A stretch of DNA of 64,000 bases, from NCBI GenBank assembly GCA_951406725.2, contig OX597840.1, positions 34,844,001-34,908,000 on the forward strand. The letters run 5' to 3'. The position numbers were made by a program, and so were the translations under genes. The notes below the pieces were generated by a model. The model was not told where the DNA came from, made no database searches, and saw only the letters and a program-made list of their open reading frames with translations. Within the stretch, counting starts at the first letter, position 1. Each line of letters opens with the position of its first letter. Of this stretch, positions 34,657 to 48,496 are shown in pieces. Origin of the DNA: Octopus vulgaris. Its lineage: Eukaryota.

Positions 34657-34945
34657 TATATATATATATTTAGAATATAAAACATATACTTAAAATATAT
34701 GCCTAAATAGTTACATAAATTATAAAATAAACTATGGAAAGTAAAGATTTAAAAATAAATTTAAAATATGTGCCTAAATAGATACTTAAATTATAAAAAA
34801 AGGATCTTTTAAAATAAACTATGGGAAGTAAAGAGCTAAATTATTTTTAACAAATTCAAATTAATATATTTCTAGCAGGGTCTATTTGGTATTTATTAAT
34901 CAACTTAGAATTATTAAAATATTTCATACTTCATCTTGTATATAA

Positions 34946-35342
34946 CTAGCAGTATCGCCCGGCGTTGCTCGGTTTTGTAAGGGAAATAACTATATAAGCA
35001 TTTTTAGAGAGTTATAGTCAAAAAATAGCCAAAAAAATGCATTAAAAATGGAAAAAATATGATGGTAAATTTTTTTTTTAAATCGTTGACACATCGTAGA
35101 CATTTTTAGAGAGTTACTTCCCTTTAAAAAAATATGCATTAAAATGGAAAAAAATGATGATAAATTTTTTTTTAAATCGTAGACTCATCGTAGACGTGCA
35201 CTAATACCCAGAAGGGCTCGATATGAATCACGACTATAAGATACCCGCTTTTGGTTAAACTGCACCGCAAAATGTGGGAGTAGTTAAGAATCTAAATCGT
35301 AGGGGACAGACACCCACACAACTTCACTTTTATATATAAAGA
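34946..35342 (-). mobile_element. Non-autonomous Helitron-like element (copy 4)
   Basis: Same family and termini as copies 1 and 2. Confidence 0.8.
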
Positions 35343-35858
35343 TATAATGTTTATAGGATAAAAATTAAATTAAGAAAAATAAAGAACGTTATTATATGTA
35401 ACAAATATGGGCAAATATTAATTCGATTCTAAAATAGAGTATATTTAATCTATATCTTTCGTTTTAAAAAGAAAAGAAAACTTTTTTTAACACAATGAAT
35501 GCAAATTAACCAACTTCAAAAGGTCCTGTGTACTCAATACAGGATGCCGTATATTACTTAGTAGTGCCCAGTATTCCGGATATTTAGAAGCCGGATAAAT
35601 TGTCCGGAACTGTATATATGGGGGGACGACTGTATCAACGAGTACGCCAAGCGAGGGAGCGCGATTTGTAATAACAACCGATATAAAATCATAATTAAAC
35701 CAAATTCAAGCATTATAACAAATATTACGAGAAGGACAGATCAGAATAATCTTTATTTATTTAATTTAACGATGTTTTTCGTTTCCATTCAGTAAACCGC
35801 TGTATGAAGCAATATCATCCAATGACGTTTCAGCGATATATTCAGTGCGGACCTACCA

Positions 35859-35873
35859 CAAAACCGGAAAGTG
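35859..35873. promoter_or_regulatory. ETS-like element in the PSMB1 promoter
   Basis: CAAAACCGGAAAGTG about 90 bp upstream of the PSMB1 ATG. More CCGGA motifs occur at about 35576-35610. Confidence 0.45.
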
Positions 35874-35961
35874 CTGTGTCATGTCACTTTGAGGAAGCCG
35901 AGAGAAGAAATCGCAGAGAAACAATTAATTATTTCAGCCGTAATTAAGAATAATTATCAGG

Positions 35962-38900
35962 ATGGAAGACTACAGAAAGCCGGTGGAGGCCCATTTCTCT
36001 CCTTATGCCATGAATGGAGGGTAAGTAGTCACCGCATGGCCGTGTGTTCCCAAGATTTCTTTGGTGTATGTCTTGTATATTGCATCTTGTACCTCTTTAT
36101 GTCTTGGCTTTTGGCTTTCACCTGCGAAGACCCTTGGACAAAGATGCCCCGCGATGGCAATCTTTCGTCTCTAGTAGACCTTTCCGTCGATTTCCGTAAA
36201 AAAAACTTTTTTTTTTTTTTTACATATGGGCTTGCGGGAACTTTTGAAGTAATGAGAGCGAAAGAGACTAAGAGAAAGCGATTGTATGACGAGGGAAGTT
36301 CTTTTGAAGTTACCTTGCATGGGAAGCATTGATGTACATGTGTGTGTGTGTGTTTGATGGGAGACAGACAGTATGTTGTGTAAGTGAAGTGCTTCTGTTA
36401 GTGTGTGTGAAGAGACAGAGTAATGTGTGAAAGAGAGAGATAAGTGAAATTTTTTACTCGGTGTATGTGTATATGTATGTATATTACTTCAAAAGTTCCC
36501 GCAAGCCCATATGTAAAAAAAATAATTTTTTTCACGGAAATCGACGGAAAGGTCTACTAGAGACGAAAGATCGCCCCCAGCGATTCCTAATTCGGGACAA
36601 AGAGGAGCGATCGCAGGGTCCTTATCCAAAGGTAGGATGATCGGGGTGGGTTGCAATGTCCATGCTTTTATCCCCCTGTTTCTTGTCTCTAAGGTAGCTC
36701 TTACGGGTATCTTCGACGGAGGCTGTTCTGTTGCTCCCAGGACAGTGAAGCACCCGGCTTCACGGTCTCGATCGGTCAGTTGTCCCAGAAAGCTTGCATT
36801 TCCAGATACTACTTAAGAACAGTGGTCCCGGTGCGCGTGCTCACGCATCCGCGCTAGCTAGTCGTAACTAGTCGATCCTACAACGACCACCCAGCAAAAT
36901 AAATAAAACACAAAATAAATAAATTTTTTTCACATAGTAAATAAAACAAAAACGCTAAGGATCGACTAGTCACGACTAGCTAACGCGAGTGCGCGCACCG
37001 GGACCATTCTTCTTAAGTAGTACCGCATTTCCATGGCTCAGGCCTAAGCACATTTTTTACCTTTTGAAAAAAAAAAGCCAGAAGCATTTTGTTCAACGCT
37101 TTTACAGTTTATTATTAAATCGAACTATTCTAACAGTGATGTTAGAAATAGCAGCCAAATCTCGAATCATATCCTGCCGTCTTTGAAAAAATCCTTGGTT
37201 TTCTGTTCATAGGGAAAAGAAGAGGTGATCACAGCTGGAGCGCTACTCAATCAAATCAGCCCTGATCGAACGTATTTATGATTTTGTTCGTATCAGACAA
37301 GTTAAGCTGTATAGTAAAAGAAAATAGTTTAAACGTATTGAGTTCGCTCGTGGTTAAATACATTCACCCAAGATACCATCTAGTGGGATTGAACCAGAGA
37401 CCACCAGTAATTCTACTAAGCCAGTGGTTCAAAACGGGGGTCCATATAAGATTTTGTTTTTAAAAAGCTATTTGCAATAAATTGGTTATATTTCTCCAAA
37501 CACAAAATATTTAAACAATTTTTTAACACAATCCCTAATAATATTACTCTACTCTTTTACTTGTTTCAGTCATTTGACTGTGACCATACTGGAGCACCGC
37601 CTTTTCTTGTCGAGCAAATCAACCCCAGGACTTATTCTTTGTAAGCCCAGTACTTATTCTTATCGGTCTCTTTTGCCGAACTGCTAAGTGACGGGGACGT
37701 CAACACACCAGCATCGGTTGTCAAGCAATTCTAGGGGGACAGACACACAAACACACGCACATATATATATATATATATACGACAGGCTTCTTTCAGTTTC
37801 CGTCTACCAAATCCACTCACAAGGCATTGGTCGGCCCGGGGCTATAGCAGAAGACACTTGCCCAAGATGCCACACAGTGGGACTGAACCCGGAACCATGT
37901 GGTTGGTTAGCAAGCTACTTACCACATAGCCCACTCCTGCGCCTATTGCGTAAAAATATTTTTAAAATATCGAATGGTTTTAGGGATCCATCTTAATAAA
38001 ATAGGGCATTCCTTCGATATAACTCGACAAAATCAAAACATTTCACTTTGGGTATTTCCGTGGATTATGGAGTTTAGATATAATGAAATTATGCCAGCAT
38101 AAAAAGTAATAACGGCTTCTATTTTTGGCACAAGGCCAGCAAGTTTAAAGGGGGGATTAAGTCAATTACTTTGACCCCAGTGTTTCACTGGTACTTAATT
38201 TATTGACCCCAAAAGGACGAAAGGCAAAGTAGATCTCTGAAATTTGAACTCAGAATGTACAGATAGACAAAATACCTATTTCTTTACTACCCACAAGGGG
38301 CTAAACACAGAGGGGACAAACAAGAACAGACAAACGGATTAAGTCGATTATATAGACCCCAGTGCGTAACTGGTACTTATTTAATCAACCCCAAAAGGAT
38401 GAAAGGCAAAGTCGACCCTGGCGGAATTTGAACTCAGAATGTACGGATAGATAAAATACCACTAAGCATTTTACCTGGCGTGCTAATGATTCTGTCGGCT
38501 CACTTCGTTAGGATCAAAAGTAATATATTATCTGTTGCTTGGTCCCAGCTTAACCATCATGATCAGGCAACTTATGTGTTCCAGCCATGACCAACCCTTT
38601 TTATTCAGTCTATCTAAAACTTCCTACATTATGTGACATACGCTTGTATATTTTTCTTGAAGGTGGTAGGTTATGATTTGAAGGAAAATTGACTGCTACT
38701 TTTACCAGGTCAATTAACTACCTAGCTGTTCTCTCACTGTAGGTAACTATGTCCCATTAAGCTGTAGATGTTTTTTAACCCTTTCGTTACCAAATCAGCT
38801 GAAACCAGCTCTGGCTCTGGAGAACAAATGACTTGTTTTCATAAGTTCTGAATTAAAATCTTCCACCAAACCTTAGTCACAATTTATGTTCCCAACACTA

Positions 38901-41900
38901 GCTTAATGATAACCGAGTTATTTTACTAAATTCTTTGTTATATTTAAAATGAATTGAAAGAATCACGGAGTATCTCAACAGAAATATGGTAACAAAAAGG
39001 TTAAAATATATAATAGAGAAACAATTCTTAACCCTTTCGATACCAACCTGTGTGAAACAGGCTCTGGCTCTGTAATACATATGTCTTGTTTTCATAAGTT
39101 TTGAATTAAAATCTTCCACCAAACCTTAGTCCCAATTTATGTCCCTGACACTAGCTTAATGATAACTAAGTTATTTTACTAAATTCTTTGTTATATTTAA
39201 AATTAATTGAAAGAAACAGAGCATCTCAAAATAAATATGGTAATGAAAGGGTTAAAGTCTGACTCTGTTATTTGCGTATTAAGGTAACTCTGTCCTCTTA
39301 TTTGCATGCTATTGTAACTCTGCTCTCTCTCCTTTTTATTTACAGAACTGTTCTAGGATTGTCTGGTGCGGACTATGCCATCATTGCTTCAGACACTCGA
39401 CTGAGTGAAGGCTTCACTATTCATACTCGAAATTCCCCCAAAAGTTATAAAGTGTAAGCTGTTATTCTTTTTCTCTCAAAATCTTTCCACAATTACTCAA
39501 GCATTCGTCCATTGTACACAGAACAGTACAATTTCTTTTTCTTTTCTTTTTTTTTTGTTAACCTTGAGTTTGTGTGGTGAGAAGCTTGCTTCTCAACCAC
39601 ATGGTTCCGGGTTTGGTTCCACTGCGTGGCACCCTAGGCAAGTGTCTTCTACTGTAACCCTGGGCTTTGGTCCGTCCCAGACCTATAGCAGACAGGTTTT
39701 GCCAACCTTCATCTCTTTCCAAGCAAGGTATGACATAGTAGGGTAGGTGTGAGAGGCGGTTGGATGGAGCCTACACTCGCCTCCTTATGAGAGCTCAAAA
39801 TCTCTCATGGAAGTGTCATCCAACCAAAATGCAAATATATGGGAAATTACCACCTGTGTCATCTCTTGTGAAAGGTAAGAGAGTCCAGTTTGCTGGACAT
39901 TGTTGTAGAGCTGAAAACAAGGTAATTTCTACTCTTCTCCTCTGGAAGCCATCTACTTGCAATACCAGAGGGCGCACACTCTCCTACCCTGATGTAATCT
40001 CCAGGGATACAGGCATCCAGCAACAGGACCTCCGTAATGCTATGATGGACCGTGAAGTCTGGCGTAGCATGGTAAATTCCATTGTCTCGACCACGGTCGA
40101 ACAATGATGATAATGATGATGTGAGAGGCTGGATCTGACTGGTTTGAACATACAACAGGTAGAATATTTGGGTCAGATATGACCAGTTTCAATGTTGAAG
40201 AGTTAACGAATTCACTAATCGTTTGTTTGATTAATTATTCAGTCAGTCAGTTAGGTTTTTCAAAGCCCTTTTGTCACCATTCAAGGCCTTGGAGTAGAGA
40301 GAGCTTGTGAAAGGAATCTGATGAACTTAGCTGGTTGATTGATTGTTTGACTGAAATATTAACCAAGCAGTTAATTAGTTGATTGGTTAAATGATTAACT
40401 AATTGATTGGTAATGATAAACAAAGTGAAACAGAATCAGTGTGTGTGTGTGCATGATGACCCTCTCAAGATACGACAAATTTTTGTTTTTGTTCTTTCCT
40501 CAAAAATTGAAAATTGAATTTGTCTCATTCACAGGACTGACTCAACAGTTTTGGGTTGTGTTGGTTTCCATGGTGATGTCCTTACTTTAACGAAAATTAT
40601 TGAAGCTCGTCTGAAGGTAATTGTTTTTTTTTTCTTCTTTTTTTGCCGGTGCCACATAAAAGGCACTCATGCCAGTGCCATGTGGAAGTGCCACGTACCG
40701 GTGCCACATTAAAAGCACCCAGCACACTCTGTAAAGTGGTTGGCATATGAGGAATGGCATCTAGCCATAGAGACCAAGCCAAATCACCCTGGAACATGGT
40801 GCAGCTCTATGGCTTGCTAACTCCTGTCAAATCATCCGACCCATACCAGCATGGAAAACAGACATTAAAGGAGGAGGAGGAGGATTAACACATAACGCGC
40901 AACGGGCCATGATTGTAGCCAAGATAGATGCATTTAATTTATGGGCATTTGTTGGGGTCTAATGCCACTCAAATGCTCTGATGCCCCCCTGAATGCAAGA
41001 GAACTAATAGTTCAGCTAATAACTTTTCAGATGGTGTAAAACTTACCACCATTATATACTAAGAAGATATTTTAACTATTTAAGGTCCGTTTTCTATGCT
41101 GGCATGGGTTGGTAAAATTAAGGGCCACTCCTTAGTCCATTGTCTGTTCTAGCATGGTTTTTATGGCTGGATGCCCTTCTTTATGCCAACCACCCCACAG
41201 AGTGTCCTGGGTGCTTCTTATGTGGCACCAGCACCAGTATCAATTCTGCTAGGCCAACCAGGTCTTCTTGAGTACAGCAATGCGCCGGATATCTCATGCA
41301 TACGTATTATGTTGAAAATAAAACTTTAACCCTTTCGTGTTCACATTATTGGCGTTAGGAAGGGCATCCAGCCGTAGAAACACTGCCAGATTTGACTGGG
41401 CCTGATGAAGCCTTCTGGCTTCACAGACCCCAGTAGAACCGTCCAACCCATGCTAGCATGGAAAACGGATGCTAAACGATGATGATGATGATGATGATTA
41501 TTCTGTCAAAATTAATCCTTTTTTTATCCAAATTGTTTTGAACTAATCATGCATTAATCGTGTAGCTATGAGATTTTGATGAGGTAGCTGTTAATTTTTA
41601 AAACGATATTGTAGGGTTGGTGTGAGAGACCAGATCTGGCCAGTTTGAACATAAAACAGGCAGAATACTCTTGGCCGGATATGGCCGGTTTAAATGCTAA
41701 GGGGTTAAGAGACCAGATCAGAGAGCCGATGTGATGTTTGTTTTTTGTATTTTCAGATCTACGAACATGACCATCATAAAGTAATGTCTTGTAATGCGGT
41801 TGCAGCCATGTTGTCTACCATTCTCTACTACAGACGCTTCTTTCCTTATTACACATACAACCTCATCGCTGGAATTGATGAAGATGGTGAGTTATTTCCA

Positions 41901-43065
41901 CTTCCTTTCAAAACAACCCCTTTTGATAACTTCATGTTTTATTACCTCTGCCTTACTGAAGGCGAAGGTATTGTTTTTAGTTGTATTTGTTTGTTTGTTT
42001 ATCCATGGACAAGATATCTCAAGAATGGCTAGATGGATTCAAATGAAACTTTCAGGAATGTTTGGCATCGTGACTGGCATGAAGTGATTAGATTTTGGGA
42101 TCGATTCGGTACCTAACGAGGATTCTGGATTCATGTATATGTAAAGTTTCACAAAGTTCTCTTGTACATGCACACACGTATATGTTGTTTATGACGAGGG
42201 TGGTGGATGGCAAAAATGATAGCATTGTGGACAGAATGAGGATTTTGAGTGGGTGAGGTTTCTCCCTATGTCTCCCTAACTTATGTGTTTCTTTGTTCCA
42301 GGTAAAGGAGCCGTGTATAGTTTCGATCCTGTCGGATCTTACCAAAGGGAACAATGCCGAGCTGCTGGGTCTGCTAGTTCTATGTTACAACCAATTTTGG
42401 ACAACCAGGTATGGCGGAGCAAACACCTTAAATTTTATTTCCCTCCTTTTGTTCTTTTGTGCTTTTTAAATTATTGTCATGTGTTCCTTCCCCACTTCCT
42501 TTCTTATATTTAGCCCCTAGTCATCATCCTTGAATCTGTAGACCTATGATCAAGGGCATTCCAGTCTTGACCATCCTATCTTATTTTCAGACATAGGTGC
42601 AGGTATGGCTGTCGTCATCATCATTGTCGTTTAAGGCCACTTTCCATGCTGGCATGGGTTGGACGGTTTGACTGAGGACTGGTGAGCCAAGAGGCTGCAC
42701 CAGGCTCCAGTCTGTTTTGGCATGACTTTCTACGGCTGGATGCCCTAGAGTGTAGTGGGTGCTTTTACATGCCACTGGCACAAGAGCCACTCAGGCAGTT
42801 CTGGCAACAACCATACTCAAAAGGTGTTTTTTACGTACTATCTGCAAGGGAGCCAGTCTGGTGGCACTGTCAATGACCACGCTCAAATCGTGCATTTTAT
42901 GTGCCGCTGGCACAGGTGCCAATCCGTGTGTGGTCTTAAAATGTCTGCTGAGCAATCAAGTGGTCTGATATCCCTGCATGGCACCATGGGCAAGTGTCTT
43001 CTATTATAATCTTTGGCTAACCATTGCTTTGTGGTTGAAACAGATTACTGCAAACTGTGTGTATG

Positions 43066-43118
<53 letters not shown>

Positions 43119-44174
43119 ATGCATACACACAAACACATGGAGTGCATCCTTTCCAACCAAACAAATTTTGGATTGAGTCCCACTGTGTGGAACCTTGGGC
43201 TACACGCACATACATATGTATTTATGTGTGTAAGGGCCAAAATACCTGGCCCCTTGCTGTACTCAAGGCCATTCTCAACTGCTGAAGAGAATTGGCCAAC
43301 AAGAGTCCTGTCCCAGTGCCACATAGAAAGCACTTGTGTTGATGCCTCGTTAAAAGCACCCTGCACACTCCGTAAAGTGGTTGGTGTTAGGAAGGGCATC
43401 CAGCCATAGAAACCAAACCAAACCAAATTAGACTGGTGGGACCTGGTGCAGCTTCCCAGCTCTGGTCAAGCCGTCCAACCCATGCCAGCATGGAAAATGG
43501 ACATTAAAAGATGATGATGGTGGTTGCTATTTTATTTTATATTATTATGTAACCCCTTGAAGGCAGTGAAACTGGCAGAATCATTAGCACGCTGGATGAA
43601 ATATTTAGTGTTTCACCTGTCACTGTTCTGAGTTCAAATCCTGCTGAGGTCAGCTTTGCCTCTTGTCCTTTTGGGGTCAATAGAATAAGTACCAGTTGAA
43701 CACTGGGGTCGATGTAATCAACTCATCGCCACCTCTCACAAGCTGCCCTTGTGGCAAAAATTTGGGCGTTAGGAAGGGCATCCAGCTGTAGAAACACTGC
43801 CAGATCAGACTGGAGCCTGGTGCAGCCTCCTGGCTTCCCAGATCCCCAGTCGAATCGTCCAATGGAGAATGGATGTTAAACGATGATGATTATGGGGTAA
43901 CCGCACATTGTATTGTCCCAGTATTGTCCCCAACGTTTTTTGTGAACCCTGAGTGATGAATAAAGAAAACGTTATCATTCTTTTTCAGATTGAATGTAAG
44001 AATCAAACAAATGTAGAGAAGAAGGAGTTGTCGAAAGAAAAGGCCATTGAACTCGTGAAGGATGTGTTCATATCTGCTGCCGAGAGGGACATTTATACTG
44101 GAGATGCAGTTCTTATGAACATCATAACCAAGGATGGTATCACAATTGAGCAATTTCCACTGAGAAGAGATTAG
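35962..44174 (+). CDS. PSMB1: Proteasome subunit beta type-1 (20S beta6), complete, 6 exons
   Basis: Exons 35962-36020 ([20 protein letters not shown]), 39346-39453 ([23 protein letters not shown]), 40535-40616 ([18 protein letters not shown]), 41757-41886 ([17 protein letters not shown]), 42302-42408 ([17 protein letters not shown]), 43989-44174 ([19 protein letters not shown]). AATAAA at 44196-44201. The start codon is the least certain part. Confidence 0.96.
36156..36575. mobile_element. MITE with about 95-bp TIRs, GG termini and 9-bp TSD (Merlin- or Mutator-like)
   Basis: GGCAATCTTTCGTCTCTAGTAGACC.. / ..GGTCTACTAGAGACGAAAGATCGCC. TSD CCCCGCGAT / CCCAGCGAT (one mismatch). Confidence 0.8.
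36805..37024. mobile_element. MITE with long imperfect TIRs and a perfect 9-bp TSD GCATTTCCA
   Basis: GATACTACTTAAGAA.. / ..TTCTTAAGTAGTACC. TSD at 36796-36804 and 37025-37033. Confidence 0.82.
38779..39251. mobile_element. Two adjacent piggyBac-like MITEs (38779-39000, 39032-39251)
   Basis: Each runs TTAA-CCCTTTCG.TACC...GGTAA..AAAGG(G)-TTAA, with near-identical bodies. Confidence 0.8.
39755..40120 (+). mobile_element. RTE-type LINE 3' fragment
   Basis: [37 protein letters not shown], followed by a (GAT)n tail. Confidence 0.7.
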
Positions 44175-44486
44175 TTGCTTGTTTTTAAAAAAATTAATAA
44201 AATTTAAATATTTTGTTCATTCTGTCAATTTAGTTTAAGGAACAAAAATGCAAAAAGAAAAATGCAAAAAAAAAATAATTTCTTCTTCTTCTGACACCTG
44301 AAGAACATTGCACATTTCTACATTCAAGTGGGAAACCTCAAGTTCTTACAATAAAACCGTTTTCATTCATCTCTTTATCTCACTCTCTTGTTTTTTGTTT
44401 CCTTCTTTTATTTTTAATCATCATAAAAAACGCATTGTGAGTGGATTTGGTAGATGGAAACTGAAAGAAGCCCATATATATATATA

Positions 44487-45065
44487 TTTCTTTACTACCC
44501 ACAAGGGGCTAAACACAGAGGGGACAAACAAGGACAGACAAACGGATTAAGTCGATTACATTGACCCCAGTGCATAACTGGTACTTAATTTATCGACCCC
44601 AAAAGGATGAAAGGCAAAGTCGACCTCGACGGAATTTGAACTCAGAACGTAACGGCAGATGAAATACCTATTTCTTTACTACCCACAAGGGGCTAAACAT
44701 AGAGGGGACAAACAAGGACAGACAAAGGGATTAAGTCGATTACATCAACCCCAGTGCGTAACTGGTACTTAATTTATTGACCCTGAAAGGATGAAAGGCA
44801 AAGTTGACCCGGCGGGATTTGAACTCCGAACGTAACGGCAGATGAAACACCTATTTCTTTATTGCCTACAAAGGGGCTAAACAGAGGGGACAAACAAGGA
44901 CAGACAAACGGATTACATCGATCCCAGTGCATAATTGGTACTTAATTTATCGACCCCGAAAGGATGAAGGGCAAAGTCGACCTTGGCGGAATTTGAACTC
45001 AGAACGTAGCGACAGATGAAATACAGCTACGCATTTCGCCTGGCGTGCTAACGGTTCTGCCAGCT
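44487..45065 (-). repeat. Tandem trimer of a tRNA-derived SINE
   Basis: Three units of about 175-184 bp. Only the outermost unit keeps the 5' head (CTGGCAGAACCGTTAGCACGCCAGGCGAA). Confidence 0.85.
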
Positions 45066-45935
45066 TGCAGAAGCCCATATATATGTATATATCACCACTT
45101 GACGACTGGTCCTCGTAAGTTAGCAGTCCAGCTAAAGAGACCAATAGAATAAGTATTAGACTTAACCCATTGCCTCCCATGGGCCCCATTTGGGTATCTG
45201 CTAAAAACATTCTCGCTGCCGGTTGTTCGTTATATTTAGCAGTTAAAGTTTGCCATTATTAGCTCTGGTGAATTCCAGGACATTTTATGTCATAAATTGC
45301 AGTTTTTTAAACTACAAAAATATTGGCTGTTTTGAAAACTTTGTCCGGTATGTTAACGATTCTTCCAGCACACCACCTTAATAATGGTTTCGAATTTTGG
45401 CACAAGGCCAGCAATTTCAGGGCTGGTGGGGAAGTCAATTACATTGAACCCAGTGTATAACTGGTACTTATTTTATTGACCCTGAAAGGATGAAAAAGCC
45501 AAGTCAGCCTTGTTGGAATTTGAACTCAGAACATGAAGATAAACAAAATGTGGCGCGTTAACGATTCTGCCAATTCACCGCCTTTTTAATTTCAACTTTT
45601 GGCACAAGGCCAGCAATTTCAGGAAAGTAGCTAAGTCAATTATATCATTTGGTACTTATTTTTATCGACCCCACCCCCCAAAAGATGAAAGACAGAGTGA
45701 GCCTTGGTGGAGTTTGAACCCAGAACATACAAACAGATAAAACATAGGTAAGCATCTTGTCTGGTTTGCCAGCAGTTCTGCCAATTTCTCGTCTTAATAA
45801 AAATGAGAACAATACAAAAAAATTGTTTCTTAAAAAAAATATCTTTATTATTTAAAATTGATTTCTTTTCAAATAAATACAAATGTTTTAAACAAGAAAA
45901 TGATTTTTTTTTCCCTTAGGAAATACATTTTTTAA

Positions 45936-46145
45936 CCCTTTCATTACCAACCGGCTCTGGCTTTGTAGTACAAATGTCTTGTTTTCATAAGTTCTGAATT
46001 AAAATCTTCCACCAAACCTTAGTCACAATTTATGTTCCTAACACTAGCTTAATGATGACTAAGTTATTTTACTAAATTCTTTGTTATATTTAAAGTAATT
46101 GAAAGAAACACAGAGCATCTCAACAGAAATACAGTAACAAAAGGG
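45936..46145. mobile_element. piggyBac-like MITE (same family as 38779-39251)
   Basis: TTAA TSD, CCCTTT..AAAGGG termini and the same body sequence. Confidence 0.8.
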
Positions 46146-46789
46146 TTAAGCAAATTATATTTAGCTTTTCACAGCAGGGCCCTCCTGGTTGGTATTAACT
46201 TTCTCTTATGATTACAGCTAAACCTCACACAGTATTTCATGTTTTATAAAAATCTCCTTCACACTTGCTTTTCTGTTCCTTGCTAAAACCCAGAGCTTGA
46301 TTTATACTTGAATAGTCACCCATCCCACTTTGTGATGGTCTCCAATGAGCCTCTGACCAAAAGTATTCTTGCCACAATGGGTCAGATCAGGAATGGTTGC
46401 ATGCACCATAGCGTTGAATCGTTGCATTCTCAATTTATTATTTGCTTGGGTTGTCCCTGGTGACCCTCCGAGCAGTGTCTCAGCTGGTCCCCATCTCTGC
46501 GAAATATATACAAGTGTTATATATACAGGAATGGTGGCATGCACCATAGCAGTGCATTGTTGCATCCACAATTTATTGTTATTTGCTTGGGTTACGTATT
46601 AATGGCTGATGATTGCTCAACATTTTAAAACTGTTGTAATACTTACAACATTTAATAAAATGATGTAGCATGAAACGATTGTACCAAATTACCAGATATT
46701 CTTGTTGCTTATTTTGATGATATATATATATATACATATATGTATATACATACATATATATATATGTATGTATATATATGCATGCGTGA

Positions 46790-46822
<33 letters not shown>

Positions 46823-48496
46823 AATTGCAACCAACTTTCCCTCATATCAAACCCCACACAAACACTCAGGTAACTATCATACACTGACACATGCCGTTGA
46901 TTAGCAAAGTGCTAATTACATAATTTATGTTAATTTTAATATAACTAATGAAGATGTGGTGTGTTTGTACAATTGTTTGTACATATATGTATGTATGTAT
47001 ATATATATATATATATGTGTGTGTGTGGTTCCTTGTTTTAAAGACCCTAAAAGTATGAAATGCAATGTCAACCTCAGTGGGATTTGAACTCAGAACATGA
47101 AGACAGGCAAAATGCCATAAAGCATTTTGTCCAAAGCCCTAACGATTCCGCCAGCTCACCGCCTTCCAAAACACTAGTGATCCTTTCTACTAAAGGCACA
47201 AGGGCTGAAATTTGGGGCAGGGGGGACAAGTCGATTACATCGACCCCATTGTTTCACTGGTACTTAATTTATCGACCCCAAAAGGATGAAAGGCTAAGTC
47301 TACCTCTGCAGAATTTGAACCCAGAACATAAAGCCAGACAAAATGCTGCAAAGTATTTTGCCCTACATGCTAACAATTCTGCCAGCTCAACACTTTAATA
47401 CTACTACTACTACTACTACTACTACGATGACTACTAATAATAATAATATTAATAATGATAATGGTGATGATGATGATTTCAAATTTTTGCCAGAAGGGCA
47501 GCTTGGAGGAGGGGATTAAGTCGATTGTATTGACACCAGTGCATAACTGGTACTTACTTAATCGACCCCGAAAGGCATGGAATAAGGCCAGTAATTTTAG
47601 GGGGTAGAACTTAGCCAATTATATCAACCCCCCAGTACTTGACTGGTACTACATAATTATAACCGTAATAATATCAGTGGTTTAGATTTTTGTCTTCCTA
47701 TCGAAAGGGATTCACTGAAAAAAATACAGGAAGACATATCTCACTGAATGCTGCTAGATTTGAACCAGGGACCATTGGCACACCACATACTTCAGGATAT
47801 ATGACAACACTTCTTCACTGTTTCATGGCAGAAAATTTATGCAACACGAATGAAGAAGATTTTGCTTATATATATGTTCTGTATGTATATGTATCTGTAT
47901 ATATCACGTGATCACGTGACCGACCAGACCATCAGATGTTGTTACATATCGCTGGTCACAATGCGTTCGCATTGTTTTAGCCTTCGAACGACGCCACCCC
48001 GCTGGCTAAGCGAGCAGGTCAACAGAAGAAAGTGGGAGAAAGAGTACAGCAGGGATCACCACCCCCTGCTGGAGTCTCGTGGAGCTTTTAGGTGTTTTCG
48101 CTCAATAAACACACACAACGCCCGGTCTGGGAATCAAAACTGCGATCCTCCGACCGCGAGTCCGCTGCCCTAACCACTGGGCCATTGCGCATCCACGTAT
48201 CTGTATATATATGTATCTGTATTTATGTGCTTTCTGGTATATTCAACTGAAGAAGGCAGACCTTCTCCGAAGCAAAGTCAGAAATCCAGGATCTTGAATT
48301 ATCCAGTAAAATCTTTTTTGCTCGTTTATTTTGTCCCTCTCTCTTCATTCCTGGCGTGATATGAACATTTAAGGTGGTTTTAGGGTCAGGGTTTTGACTG
48401 CTATTTCAGCATGGTGGTATCTCTCAGACACCCTTATTTATAGTTTAAATAATTATTACCTTTATATGGTGTTTATTCCCATGCTGGCTACTAGAT

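Noticed and set aside
35871-36332. 153-aa ORF over the PSMB1 start
   Set aside because: It is out of frame with PSMB1 exon 1 and runs into intron and MITE sequence.
48247-48275. Second hammerhead-like motif (CTGAAGAAGG..CCGAAGC)
   Set aside because: No convincing stem II, GAAA or stem I arrangement.
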